Source: an uncultured Lentimicrobiaceae bacterium
GTDB lineage: Bacteria > Bacteroidota > Bacteroidia > Bacteroidales > WCHB1-69
Direction of reading: 5' to 3'
Assembly (NCBI GenBank): GCA_964521105.1
Contig: CAZFPO010000006.1
Coordinates: 2,822 to 66,821, forward strand
Length of the DNA: 64,000 nt
Every line of letters begins with the position of its first letter. The first letter of the stretch is position 1. Position numbers and translations under genes: made by a program. Under the pieces are notes generated by a model. That model had not been told where the DNA came from, made no database searches, and saw only the letters and a program-made list of their open reading frames with translations. Shown in pieces: positions 10,718-20,148 of this stretch.

Positions 10718-11710
10718 TTATCGTAAATTATTCCAATACCAGTTACATGCTTCTTTTAATCCCTCTTTGAAAAAGAGAACTGGTTGATAGTTTAAATATT
10801 TTTTTATTTTTTCGATGGATGCAAGTGAGTGTGGCACATCGCCAATTCGTTCAGGACCATAAATAATTGAAACCTTTGATATCTCAGAATTAAATTCGGA
10901 AAGATTTTCAATTAATAATTCGGCTAACTCTTTAAGTGAGGTTTGTTCGCCACACGCAACGTTATATATCTGGTTAATAGCGTTTTGATTTTTGGAAGTA
11001 GCTGCTAGATGGCTAGCTAAAATAACATTTTCGACATGTGTAAAATCCCTTGAAAAACTACCATCTCCATTTATTGTAATGGGCTCTTTTTTAATAAGTT
11101 GGGATACAAATTTTGGAATAACAGCCGAATAGGTGCTAAATGGATCTTGCCGTTTGCCGTATACGTTAAAATAACGCAACCCAATCAATTCCATACCATA
11201 TAATCTTGAAAAGACATCTGCATAAAGTTCGTTTACGTACTTTGTAACGGCATAAGGAGATAGGGGTTTTCCGATTTTTTCTTCTATTTTTGGAAGTTCG
11301 GTTGAATCACCGTAAGTTGATGAACTACAGGCGTAAACAAAGCGTTTTACTTGGGCATCACGAGTAGCTACAAGCATGTTTAAAAAACCAGAAACATTTA
11401 CATCGTTTGAGGTAATTGGATCATTTATCGAACGAGGAACGGAACCTAAAGCTGCTTGGTGTAAAACAACATTAACTCCATTTACAGCGTTTTTACAATC
11501 ATCTATATTTCTAATATCTCCTTCAATTAATGTAAAGTTAGGATTTGAAAAAAACTGACTAATGTTTTCTTTTTTTCCAGTAGAAAAATTATCCAAACAA
11601 ATTACATGGTTGTTGAATTGCAATAAATTTTCACATAAATTTGAACCAATAAATCCAGCACCACCGGTTACTAGAATTTTTTGATTCACAATTTTATTTG
11701 CATTTTCCAT
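10718..11710 (-). CDS. NAD-dependent sugar-nucleotide epimerase/dehydratase (WbpP/TviC-like SDR)
   Basis: 330 aa. VTGGAGFIGSNL, SSSTYG, YAVTKY catalytic YxxxK. Confidence 0.7.
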   Translation of the reverse strand: MENANKIVNQKILVTGGAGFIGSNLCENLLQFNNHVICLDNFSTGKKENISQFFSNPNFTLIEGDIRNIDDCKNAVNGVNVVLHQAALGSVPRSINDPITSNDVNVSGFLNMLVATRDAQVKRFVYACSSSTYGDSTELPKIEEKIGKPLSPYAVTKYVNELYADVFSRLYGMELIGLRYFNVYGKRQDPFSTYSAVIPKFVSQLIKKEPITINGDGSFSRDFTHVENVILASHLAATSKNQNAINQIYNVACGEQTSLKELAELLIENLSEFNSEISKVSIIYGPERIGDVPHSLASIEKIKKYLNYQPVLFFKEGLKEACNWYWNNLR

Positions 11711-11727
11711 AAATTATTATTAGGCAA

Positions 11728-11735
11728 CAAAGATA
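11728..11735 (-). promoter_or_regulatory. -7 promoter box (TATCTTTG) for the epimerase-gmd-fcl unit
   Basis: Minus-strand TATCTTTG lies 17 nt upstream of the start at 11710. Confidence 0.45.
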
Positions 11736-11800
11736 ATCATTCGTTGGTAGTTATAAAAGTAATTATTGAAATAAGTTTTAATTACTCTTTAATGGAAAAT

Positions 11801-11833
11801 AAAAAAGGTTTCTGAATTTCAGAAACCTTTTTT
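11801..11833 (-). terminator. Rho-independent terminator after korB
   Basis: 33-nt perfect palindrome AAAAAAGGTTTCTGAATTTCAGAAACCTTTTTT, 11 nt downstream of the korB stop. A/T runs are on both sides. Confidence 0.75.
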
Positions 11834-11843
11834 GATATAAAAA

Positions 11844-12884
11844 TTATACTTCCCAAGTGTCGCCACTATTAAGTAAATCGTCAACGCATTGAATTTTGCT
11901 AGTTGCCTTAGCGTGTTCAATTTGTTCAACTACTAAATCATCGTATGTAGGAAAAGCGGCTGCGCGGATTACTCCAAAAGCCATAGGGTACAATGGTGGA
12001 TTCATTTTAGCAAGCATTAAGTGAATGCCTGGATCTTTTGAATACATATCATGCACTAAAATGTCTTTTTCTGTAATTCCATTTTCGCCAATAGTAACTA
12101 CTTCCAAGCCAATAGGGCTAAGAATTATTCCTTTATTATTTTCTTTGCCAAAAATCATGGGTTCACCATGTTTTAAAATCAGTTGATGATCGTCTTTAAG
12201 TTCTCTGTCTGTAACTTGTTTATGAGTATCATCATTGAAAATAACACAATTTTGAAGTATTTCTACAATGGATGTACCATCGTGACGAGCAGCTTCAAAC
12301 ATCACTTCGGTCATGTGTTTAGGTTTTGTATCTAAGGTACGGGCAAAAAATGTTCCTTGTGCTCCTAAAACAAGTTCACCAGGGTTAAATGGATGCTCAA
12401 TAGTCCCATAAGGAGAAGTTTTTGTAACTGATCCCATTGGGGAAGTTGGAGAATACTGACCTTTGGTAAGCCCATAAATTTGATTATTGAAAAGCATGAT
12501 ATTAACATCGATATTACGACGAATAATATGAATAAAATGATTGCCTCCAATAGCCATAGAATCTCCATCACCGGTAGCAATCCAAACACTTAAGTGAGGG
12601 TTTGAAATTTTTACGCCGGTAGCAATAGCGTTTGCTCTTCCGTGAATTCCATGAAAACCGTATGTGTTAACATAATATGGAAAACGTGAAGAACAACCTA
12701 TACCGGAAATAATACAAAAATTTTCTTTTTTATAACCAATTTCGGGGAATACTTTGGCTACTGACGATAAAATAGCATGTGCACCACAACCGGCACACCA
12801 TTTAACCATTTGGTCGCTTACAAAGTCCTCTTTTGTCAACGGGACTTCGGATCTATCTACTGTAAAATTATTATCGAAACTCAT
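11844..12884 (-). CDS. korB: 2-oxoglutarate:ferredoxin oxidoreductase, beta subunit
   Basis: 346 aa. WCAGCG, TPP-binding GDGD..IGGNH, NNQIYGLTKGQ. Confidence 0.88.
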   Translation of the reverse strand: MSFDNNFTVDRSEVPLTKEDFVSDQMVKWCAGCGAHAILSSVAKVFPEIGYKKENFCIISGIGCSSRFPYYVNTYGFHGIHGRANAIATGVKISNPHLSVWIATGDGDSMAIGGNHFIHIIRRNIDVNIMLFNNQIYGLTKGQYSPTSPMGSVTKTSPYGTIEHPFNPGELVLGAQGTFFARTLDTKPKHMTEVMFEAARHDGTSIVEILQNCVIFNDDTHKQVTDRELKDDHQLILKHGEPMIFGKENNKGIILSPIGLEVVTIGENGITEKDILVHDMYSKDPGIHLMLAKMNPPLYPMAFGVIRAAAFPTYDDLVVEQIEHAKATSKIQCVDDLLNSGDTWEV

Positions 12885-12893
12885 ATTTACCTC

Positions 12894-14729
12894 CTAAAGC
12901 ATTTTTGTGAAAACATCTGTTAACTCCTGAATTGAGAATGGTAATCCTTGTAATTTATTGTATTGTTTGTATGAAAAATCAGGGAATTTCATTCTTAAGT
13001 AGTTTACAAATTGACCTTGATTTAATTCACAAACGATAATTTTCTTGAATTTTTTAAAAATTTCCTCTGTATTTTTGGGAAGGGGCATAATGTAATTAAA
13101 ATGAGCATGACCAATTTTTTTACCTTCGGCATGTAATTGGTTCACAGCACTTAATACAGATCCTTTAGTTCCACCCCAACTTACAACCAAAACATCTCCA
13201 TTTTGTTCGCCATCAATTTTTTGAAGAGGTAAGTAGTCGGCAATTTTTTCAACTTTATCTGCACGATACTTACACATTAACTCGTGATTTATTGGGTCGG
13301 TAGAAACTATCCCTTTACCATCAGTTTTTTCCAATCCTCCAATTCGGTGACGTAAACCCTCAGTGCCAGGAAGTGCCCATTCGCGTGCTAATGTTTCTGG
13401 ATTTCTTCGATATGGCATGTAATCTTTATCGTTTGCTTTAGCAATAGGTGGATTAATAGGTGGTAGTTCCGAAACTTTTGGAATGCGGAATAATTCTGAT
13501 CCCTGACCCATTTGACCATCGGTAAGTAAAATTACTGGAGTCATGTGTTCCATTGAGTATTTTGCGGCTTCATAAGCTTTGTAAAAACAATCTGAGGGTG
13601 ATGAAGCTGCAAAAACAATTAATGGTGCTTCGCCGTTACGACCAAAAAGAGACATGTATAAATCAGACTGTTCAGATTTTGTAGGTAGCCCTGTTGATGG
13701 TCCAGCTCGTTGAACGTTTACAATGATTAATGGTAATTCGGTAATAACGGCTAATCCAATTGCTTCTGATTTAAGAGATAAGCCAGGTCCAGAGGTTGAA
13801 GTAACAGCCATTGAGCCGGCAAAGGATGCTCCAATAGATGAACAAATACCAGCAATTTCATCTTCGGCTTGAAAAACTTTAGCACCAAGTGATTTGTGAA
13901 CAGAAAGCTCCATTAAAATTTCTGTTGCAGGTGTTATAGGATAAGAGCCTAAAAATAATTCTCTTCCCGAACGTTCAGATGCAGCTAATAATCCCCACGC
14001 AGTGGCAAGGTTTCCAGTGATATTACGATATCGTCCTTTTTCGATTTGGGCTGCAGGTGTGTGAATTTTAGAAATTTGTAGTTCAACAGAATCTGCATAC
14101 GCATAACCTGCTTGTAACGCCTTTTTATTTGCTTCGGCGATTTGTGGTTTTTTTTTGAATTTTTTGTCAATTAAGTGAAAACAGTTTTCTATTTTGTAGT
14201 CACAAATACTAATCACCATCCCCAATGCAAAGATGTTTTTACTTCGTTCGCCAGTTTTTGAATCAACACCTGCCTCCATTGAAGCGGTAGTAGCCATTGA
14301 TGTAATAGGCGCTTTTACAATTCGATAACTGTTCAATGTTTCATCTTCTAGTGGGTTAAAAGAGTATCCAGCTTTTTGAAATGCTTTTTCACCAAAATTA
14401 TCAGCATCGGCAATAATTGTTGCTCCTTTTTTGGCATATTTAATATTTGCTGCTAAGGAAGCTGGGTTCATGCATATCAAAATGTCGCACTCATCACCCG
14501 AAGTTAAAATTGTTCCCCCAACATGCACTTGGTATCCCGATACACCAGCAATTGTGTTGTGAGGTGGTCGAATTTCGGCAGGGTAATATGGAAATGTTGA
14601 TAAGTCATTTCCCTCAAGTGCTGCAGTGTCGGCAAACAATGTTCCCGCTAATTGCATCCCATCACCTGAATCGCCCGCAAATTTAACCACAATACTCTCT
14701 TTTTTTAGAATCGTAGAATTGTTGTTCAT
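12894..14729 (-). CDS. korA: 2-oxoglutarate:ferredoxin oxidoreductase, alpha subunit
   Basis: 611 aa. Fused gamma/alpha-type domains, SYPITPATEI, TSGPGLSLK. Sits directly upstream of korB. Confidence 0.88.
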   Translation of the reverse strand: MNNNSTILKKESIVVKFAGDSGDGMQLAGTLFADTAALEGNDLSTFPYYPAEIRPPHNTIAGVSGYQVHVGGTILTSGDECDILICMNPASLAANIKYAKKGATIIADADNFGEKAFQKAGYSFNPLEDETLNSYRIVKAPITSMATTASMEAGVDSKTGERSKNIFALGMVISICDYKIENCFHLIDKKFKKKPQIAEANKKALQAGYAYADSVELQISKIHTPAAQIEKGRYRNITGNLATAWGLLAASERSGRELFLGSYPITPATEILMELSVHKSLGAKVFQAEDEIAGICSSIGASFAGSMAVTSTSGPGLSLKSEAIGLAVITELPLIIVNVQRAGPSTGLPTKSEQSDLYMSLFGRNGEAPLIVFAASSPSDCFYKAYEAAKYSMEHMTPVILLTDGQMGQGSELFRIPKVSELPPINPPIAKANDKDYMPYRRNPETLAREWALPGTEGLRHRIGGLEKTDGKGIVSTDPINHELMCKYRADKVEKIADYLPLQKIDGEQNGDVLVVSWGGTKGSVLSAVNQLHAEGKKIGHAHFNYIMPLPKNTEEIFKKFKKIIVCELNQGQFVNYLRMKFPDFSYKQYNKLQGLPFSIQELTDVFTKML

Positions 14730-14774
14730 ATAATTTTTTTTAAAATGTGCTTTTTGATAATTCTAAATTTTTCG

Positions 14775-14782
14775 CAAAGGTA
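14775..14782 (-). promoter_or_regulatory. -7 promoter box (TACCTTTG) upstream of korA
   Basis: Minus-strand TACCTTTG lies 45 nt upstream of the start at 14729. Confidence 0.4.
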
Positions 14783-15030
14783 CATTTTTTTATGTGTACA
14801 AACCATAATTATTAACAGAAAATTAACCATTTTAAGTTTATGAAAATCAAATATTTATGCAATTTTATAGTTTTGGTTTCATAAATAAATTGAAAAGCTA
14901 AACATGTACTTATTTGTCTATTAATAAAATTGATGCGTTTGAGAATGTTATGTTTTTTTAGTGTAATGTTTAAAATTGTGAAAAGAAATAAGTATTCTAT
15001 TCATTAGCATTTTGCTTCAAATGGAATTTG

Positions 15031-15038
15031 TATATTTG
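15031..15038 (+). promoter_or_regulatory. -7 promoter box (TATATTTG) upstream of the 88-aa ORF/mutL
   Basis: Matches TAnnTTTG and lies 19 nt upstream of the ATG at 15058. Confidence 0.45.
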
Positions 15039-15057
15039 CTGAAAATATTTAAAAATT

Positions 15058-15324
15058 ATGGGTTTTACTTTTATATATCGTCCAAAGCCAAAAAAATTCA
15101 GCTATAAACCTGTTTTTTATAAAAACGATGAAGAAGAACAAGAAGATAAAAAATCGCGATTATTATCTTCAATAAAAAATGAAGAACTTGATTTAAAAAC
15201 TAAAATTCATAAGTCTTGGTCTCGCGAAAGAAAGCATGGAATTGTATCCAAAGATAACATTTTAAAAACTTTAATAGTTTTAATTTTGTTAATTTTGATT
15301 ATATTCTTTGTAAAGATAGGATAG
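15058..15324 (+). CDS. Hypothetical small protein with a C-terminal transmembrane helix
   Basis: 88 aa. Charged N-terminal part and hydrophobic tail LIVLILLILIIFFV. A promoter box lies directly upstream. No family recognised. Confidence 0.4.
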   Translation: MGFTFIYRPKPKKFSYKPVFYKNDEEEQEDKKSRLLSSIKNEELDLKTKIHKSWSRERKHGIVSKDNILKTLIVLILLILIIFFVKIG

Positions 15325-15342
15325 TTTTCAAAAAGAAGATTT

Positions 15343-17175
15343 ATGTCTGATATTATTCAATTGCTTCCTGATCATATTGCTAATCAAATTGCTGCTGGCG
15401 AAGTAGTTCAACGACCCGCTTCGGTGGTTAAAGAATTAATGGAAAATGCAATTGATGCAAATGCAACAGAAATTGAAGTAATTATTAAAGATTCAGGAAG
15501 GACTTTGATTCAGGTTGTTGATAACGGAAAAGGAATGAGCGAAACGGATGCACGAATGAGTTTTGAACGTCATGCAACATCCAAGCTCCGAAAAGCCGAT
15601 GATTTGTTTAATATTCGAACCATGGGTTTTCGAGGTGAAGCCCTCGCTTCTATTGCCGCTATTGCTCACGTTGAATTAAAATCGGCAACACCAAATGCTA
15701 TTACAGGTACAAAAATTTTACTCGAAGGTTCTAAAATTATCGACCAATCGCCTTGTTCTTGTCCTGTTGGAACATCAATTTCAGTAAAAAATCTTTTCTA
15801 CAACGTGCCAGCACGTCGTAATTTTTTAAAGTCTGAAAATATTGAGTTTAGTCATATTTTAGAAGAGTTTTATCGGGTTGCTTTAATTCATTTTAATGTG
15901 GGATTTTCACTTTTTCATAACGATAAAATAGTATACAAACTTAATAAAACTAATTTTAAAAATAGAATTGTGAGCCTTCTTGGAAAATCTTACAACGAAA
16001 AAATGGTTACTATTGAGCAAAAAACAGACTTTTTATCGATTACTGGTTATGTTGGTAAACCCGACATCGCCAAAAAAACAAAAGGAGGGCAATACCTATT
16101 TGTTAATCGAAGGTTTTTTAAGCATCCATATATTCATAATGCCATCACAAGAGCATACCAAGAATTAATACCCGATGGATATTATCCTTCATACTTTATT
16201 TTTTTTGAAGTCGACCCCAAAACAATTGATGTAAACGTACATCCAACAAAAACTGAAATCAAATTTCAAGATGAAAAATTGATTTATGCGGTAGTACATT
16301 CCACTACCAAAAAAGCGTTAGCCGAAAACAGCCTTACTCCTTCATTGGATTTTGACAACACTGAGCCGTTTAATTTCGATTTATTACCAAAAGACTATCC
16401 GGTGAAACAGCCATCTATTAATTTAAATCCTGATTATAATCCTTTTAAAACGTCTCCTTCTATTCAAAGTTCATTCAAAAAGGAGCCAATTAGTGAACGA
16501 GACAAAAATAATCTTGAAAATTGGACCAAATTATATTCTACGGATTTTGATGTTTTAAATAATGAAAATCGACAAAATACTATTCAGCAAAATGAACAGA
16601 ATGATTTAGTTAACTATGGGGCTTTTTTACAATTGTACCAAAGTTTTATAGTTACAAAAATTAAATCGGGTTTAATCATTCTACATCAAAATGCATCTCA
16701 CGAAAGAGTTTTGTTTGAGCGGTTTTTAAACAGAATAGAATCAAATCAATCGTATTGTCAGCACTTATTATTTCCGGTTACTATTGAGATGAATCCTGCC
16801 GATGCTGAGATAATCAAAGAAATTTTACCTGAATTATCAAAAATTGGATTTGAAATTTCTGAATTTGGTAAAAACACTTTTTTGGTTAATGGAACTCCAA
16901 GCGATTTGGGTAATATCAATATAAAAGAAGAAATAGAACATTGGGTTGACTCTTTTAAAAACAATATGATGTTTTCGCGTGTTGAACGAAAGATTAATGT
17001 GGCAATGTCGATGGCAAAAAGTTTGGCAATTAAAACTGGAAAAATTCTCACAAACGAAGAAATGGAAACGCTTACTAATGAGCTGTTTGCATGCTCAGTA
17101 CCTCATGAATCGCCTTTTGGTAAAAAAACTTTTAAAATAATATCTAAGGAAGAATTAACTCAATACTTTAATTAA
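15343..17175 (+). CDS. mutL: DNA mismatch repair protein MutL
   Basis: 610 aa. IANQIAAGEVVQRPASVVKELMENAIDA, DNGKGM, GFRGEAL. Confidence 0.93.
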   Translation: MSDIIQLLPDHIANQIAAGEVVQRPASVVKELMENAIDANATEIEVIIKDSGRTLIQVVDNGKGMSETDARMSFERHATSKLRKADDLFNIRTMGFRGEALASIAAIAHVELKSATPNAITGTKILLEGSKIIDQSPCSCPVGTSISVKNLFYNVPARRNFLKSENIEFSHILEEFYRVALIHFNVGFSLFHNDKIVYKLNKTNFKNRIVSLLGKSYNEKMVTIEQKTDFLSITGYVGKPDIAKKTKGGQYLFVNRRFFKHPYIHNAITRAYQELIPDGYYPSYFIFFEVDPKTIDVNVHPTKTEIKFQDEKLIYAVVHSTTKKALAENSLTPSLDFDNTEPFNFDLLPKDYPVKQPSINLNPDYNPFKTSPSIQSSFKKEPISERDKNNLENWTKLYSTDFDVLNNENRQNTIQQNEQNDLVNYGAFLQLYQSFIVTKIKSGLIILHQNASHERVLFERFLNRIESNQSYCQHLLFPVTIEMNPADAEIIKEILPELSKIGFEISEFGKNTFLVNGTPSDLGNINIKEEIEHWVDSFKNNMMFSRVERKINVAMSMAKSLAIKTGKILTNEEMETLTNELFACSVPHESPFGKKTFKIISKEELTQYFN

Positions 17176-17183
17176 TAATTGTT

Positions 17184-18041
17184 ATGAATATGCTCTCACC
17201 TGGCGGATTTAAGGTTCTCCCACCTGTTGTAAAAAATTTACTTATAATAAATGGACTGTTTTTTTTAGCAACAATTACTTTTTCTGAAGGTTTCGGAATT
17301 AATTTATACGATTATTTAAGTTTGAAGTATTTTGGCTCGGATATGTTTCGACCATATCAACTAATTACCTACATGTTCATGCACGGAAATTTTACCCATA
17401 TTTTATTCAATATGTTTGCACTTTGGATGTTTGGTTCAGCCATTGAAAATTTCTGGGGTCCAAAGCGATTCTTGTTCTTTTATATTTTTACCGGAATTGG
17501 GGCTGGTTTGGCTCACTATGTTGTGTATTATTTTCAAATTAGCCCATTTATTGATTCAATTGATACGTTTTTACTTAACCCTACAACCTCACAACTTAAT
17601 TTAATTCTTTCATCTCACAAATTTATTATTTCGCCCGATTATCCTGAACTTTATCGCGGGTTCCATGATTTTGATGCCGCCATTAAAACCTTAAATTTTA
17701 CTCCTTACGATAAAAATGCGTTACAAATATCTGTTGAGTTTTTACAGCTTTATAGGGGTTATTATCTTGATATGCCTAGTGTTGTTGGTGCTTCAGGTGC
17801 AGTTTTCGGAATATTACTTGCGTTTGGAATGATGTTCCCGAACGTTATGATTTATCTATACTTTTTTATTCCTATAAAAGCAAAATGGTTTGTTATAGCT
17901 TATGGTGCTATTGAGCTTTATTTAGGAGTTACCGGCACATCTGATGGAGTTGCTCATTTTGCTCACTTGGGTGGAATGTTGTTTGGGTTTATACTTATTA
18001 TGTTTTGGCGAAAACGTCCAGGTCGAAAATTTTTTAATTAA
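17184..18041 (+). CDS. Rhomboid family intramembrane serine protease
   Basis: 285 aa. HGNFTHILFNM, GASGAVFG and AHLGG motifs. Confidence 0.85.
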   Translation: MNMLSPGGFKVLPPVVKNLLIINGLFFLATITFSEGFGINLYDYLSLKYFGSDMFRPYQLITYMFMHGNFTHILFNMFALWMFGSAIENFWGPKRFLFFYIFTGIGAGLAHYVVYYFQISPFIDSIDTFLLNPTTSQLNLILSSHKFIISPDYPELYRGFHDFDAAIKTLNFTPYDKNALQISVEFLQLYRGYYLDMPSVVGASGAVFGILLAFGMMFPNVMIYLYFFIPIKAKWFVIAYGAIELYLGVTGTSDGVAHFAHLGGMLFGFILIMFWRKRPGRKFFN

Positions 18042-18053
18042 AATTTGTAAGCT

Positions 18054-18992
18054 ATGTTTAACCAAAACTTTGGGCAACGACAATCATTTTTGGAGAGTTT
18101 AAAAATGTTTTTTAAATCAAAATCGCCCCTTTCAAAATTTATTTTAATAAATATTGGTGTTTTTTTAACGAGCATAATTATTGGTTTACTGGCTGGTGTT
18201 TATAGTTTTCTATTTCAACTTGACGGACCAAATTCCAGCGATTTTCCACAAATAATTGATGCGTTAATGTTGCCCTCATCTATTCCTCAGTTTATTGAAA
18301 AACCATGGTCGATATTTACTTATCAATTTTTACATGTTTCATTTTGGCATATTTTCTTTAATATGATAATGCTTTATTTTAGTGGAAAGATTTTTTTAAG
18401 TTTTCTGAAAAACAAACAGTTTGTTTGGGTTTATATTTTAGGTGGAATCGCTGGGGGGGCTTTTTATGTTGCTGCATTTAATTTCTTTCCAGTTTTTGAA
18501 TCCATAGTTTCAAGCTCAAGAGCCTTAGGTGCTTCGGCTTCGGTTTTAGCGGTTTTAACCTGTGTTGCAGTGTATATTCCAAATTATAATCTTCCGTTAT
18601 TTTTAATTGGCAACGTAAAAATTAAGTGGGTTGCAATTGCAATTATATTAATCGACATTATAAGTATTGATAAAGGCAATCCGGGTGGTCATATAGCTCA
18701 CATTGGTGGTGCTTTTTGGGGTTTAATTGCTGGAATATTTTACTCAAAAAGTTTTTTAAAAAACATTAAGTTTTATTTAAAAACAAAATTCAAGAAAAAA
18801 CCGTTTAAGGTTAAGTATCCAAATTCTTCTTCAGCAAATAATAAGGTTAAAACCGATTATGAATATAACGAATTGAGAGCCGAAAAGCAGAAAAAAATGG
18901 ATGCAATTCTTGATAAAATTTCTAAGTTTGGATATGATAAATTAACTAAGGAAGAAAAAGAGTTTTTGTTTAAATCAAGTAATAGAAATTAA
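18054..18992 (+). CDS. Rhomboid family intramembrane serine protease (second, divergent copy)
   Basis: 312 aa. HVSFWHIFFNM, GASASVLAV and AHIGG motifs, with a charged C-terminal tail. Confidence 0.8.
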   Translation: MFNQNFGQRQSFLESLKMFFKSKSPLSKFILINIGVFLTSIIIGLLAGVYSFLFQLDGPNSSDFPQIIDALMLPSSIPQFIEKPWSIFTYQFLHVSFWHIFFNMIMLYFSGKIFLSFLKNKQFVWVYILGGIAGGAFYVAAFNFFPVFESIVSSSRALGASASVLAVLTCVAVYIPNYNLPLFLIGNVKIKWVAIAIILIDIISIDKGNPGGHIAHIGGAFWGLIAGIFYSKSFLKNIKFYLKTKFKKKPFKVKYPNSSSANNKVKTDYEYNELRAEKQKKMDAILDKISKFGYDKLTKEEKEFLFKSSNRN

Positions 18993-18994
18993 AT

Positions 18995-20131
18995 ATGCCG
19001 GATAAAAAAAATAAAACCAATTTACTTGACAAAGTTTTTTTAATACTTAATATTGGAGTAATTACTCTTCTTTTATTAGCTTATTTATCTACACGTGTTA
19101 GCCCCGAAAAATTTTGGCTTTTAGCATTTTTTGGATTAGCATACCCAATTTTTTTAATATTAAATTTATTTTTTATCATTTATTGGCTATTCCGAAACAT
19201 GCGTAAATCGATATTTTCGATTGTTGCAATTTTAATAGGATATGGTTTTGTGGGTAAATATTTCCAAATTGCAGGTAAATCAATTGGCGATTTTAAAAGC
19301 GAATACGTAAAAGTAATGTCTTATAATGTTAAGCTATTCGACCTATATAATTACAAAAAAGATTGGTCGTATAATTTTACTAATCGTAATAATATTTTTC
19401 GTTTTATTGATGAATCTCAGCCAGATATATTGTGTTTACAAGAGTATTTTTATGATAGTGAAAATCATTTTGTAACTCGCGATTCGTTGACTGCTATTTT
19501 AAAAACAAAATACTACTATGAATATTTTCCTTTTGTGAAAAATATTCATCATTACGGGATAGCCACATTCTCAAAGTATCCAATCATAAATTCGGGAATG
19601 ATAATTTTTAAAAATATTACTCATAATTCGGCAATTTTTTCAGACATTGTGGTGAAAAACGACACATTTAGAGTTTATAATGCACATTTACAGTCGATTA
19701 AACTCAATAAAGAAGATTTTGTTTTTACTTCGAGTGGTAATAATAAAAGCGAAGATTTATTGAATTCGGAATTTGCAAAGGATTCAAAAAAAATGTTACA
19801 GAAATTGAAATCGGCTTATGTTATGCGTGCAAATCAAGCAGAAATGCTGAATGCACACATTCATCAATCGCCCTATCCAGTTATTGTATGTGGTGACTTT
19901 AATGATACACCATGTTCCTATGCCACTCGTCTTATTTCTAAAAACTTGATAGATGCATTTGTGGCTTCGGGTAGGGGGTTTGGACAAACGTATAACGGAA
20001 AAATGCCTTCGTTTCGAATTGATTATATTCTTTATGATAAAATTTTTGAGAGTAGAGGGTATAAAACTATAACTTCAATTAAAGCTTCAGACCATTACCC
20101 AATTTATACATATATCAAAAAACAAGAATAA
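18995..20131 (+). CDS. Membrane-anchored endonuclease/exonuclease/phosphatase (EEP) family protein
   Basis: 378 aa. Three N-terminal TM helices, then MSYNVK..., CLQE, GDFNDTP and SDHYP EEP motifs. Confidence 0.7.
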   Translation: MPDKKNKTNLLDKVFLILNIGVITLLLLAYLSTRVSPEKFWLLAFFGLAYPIFLILNLFFIIYWLFRNMRKSIFSIVAILIGYGFVGKYFQIAGKSIGDFKSEYVKVMSYNVKLFDLYNYKKDWSYNFTNRNNIFRFIDESQPDILCLQEYFYDSENHFVTRDSLTAILKTKYYYEYFPFVKNIHHYGIATFSKYPIINSGMIIFKNITHNSAIFSDIVVKNDTFRVYNAHLQSIKLNKEDFVFTSSGNNKSEDLLNSEFAKDSKKMLQKLKSAYVMRANQAEMLNAHIHQSPYPVIVCGDFNDTPCSYATRLISKNLIDAFVASGRGFGQTYNGKMPSFRIDYILYDKIFESRGYKTITSIKASDHYPIYTYIKKQE

Positions 20132-20148
20132 TTAGCGAGGAGGTTGTT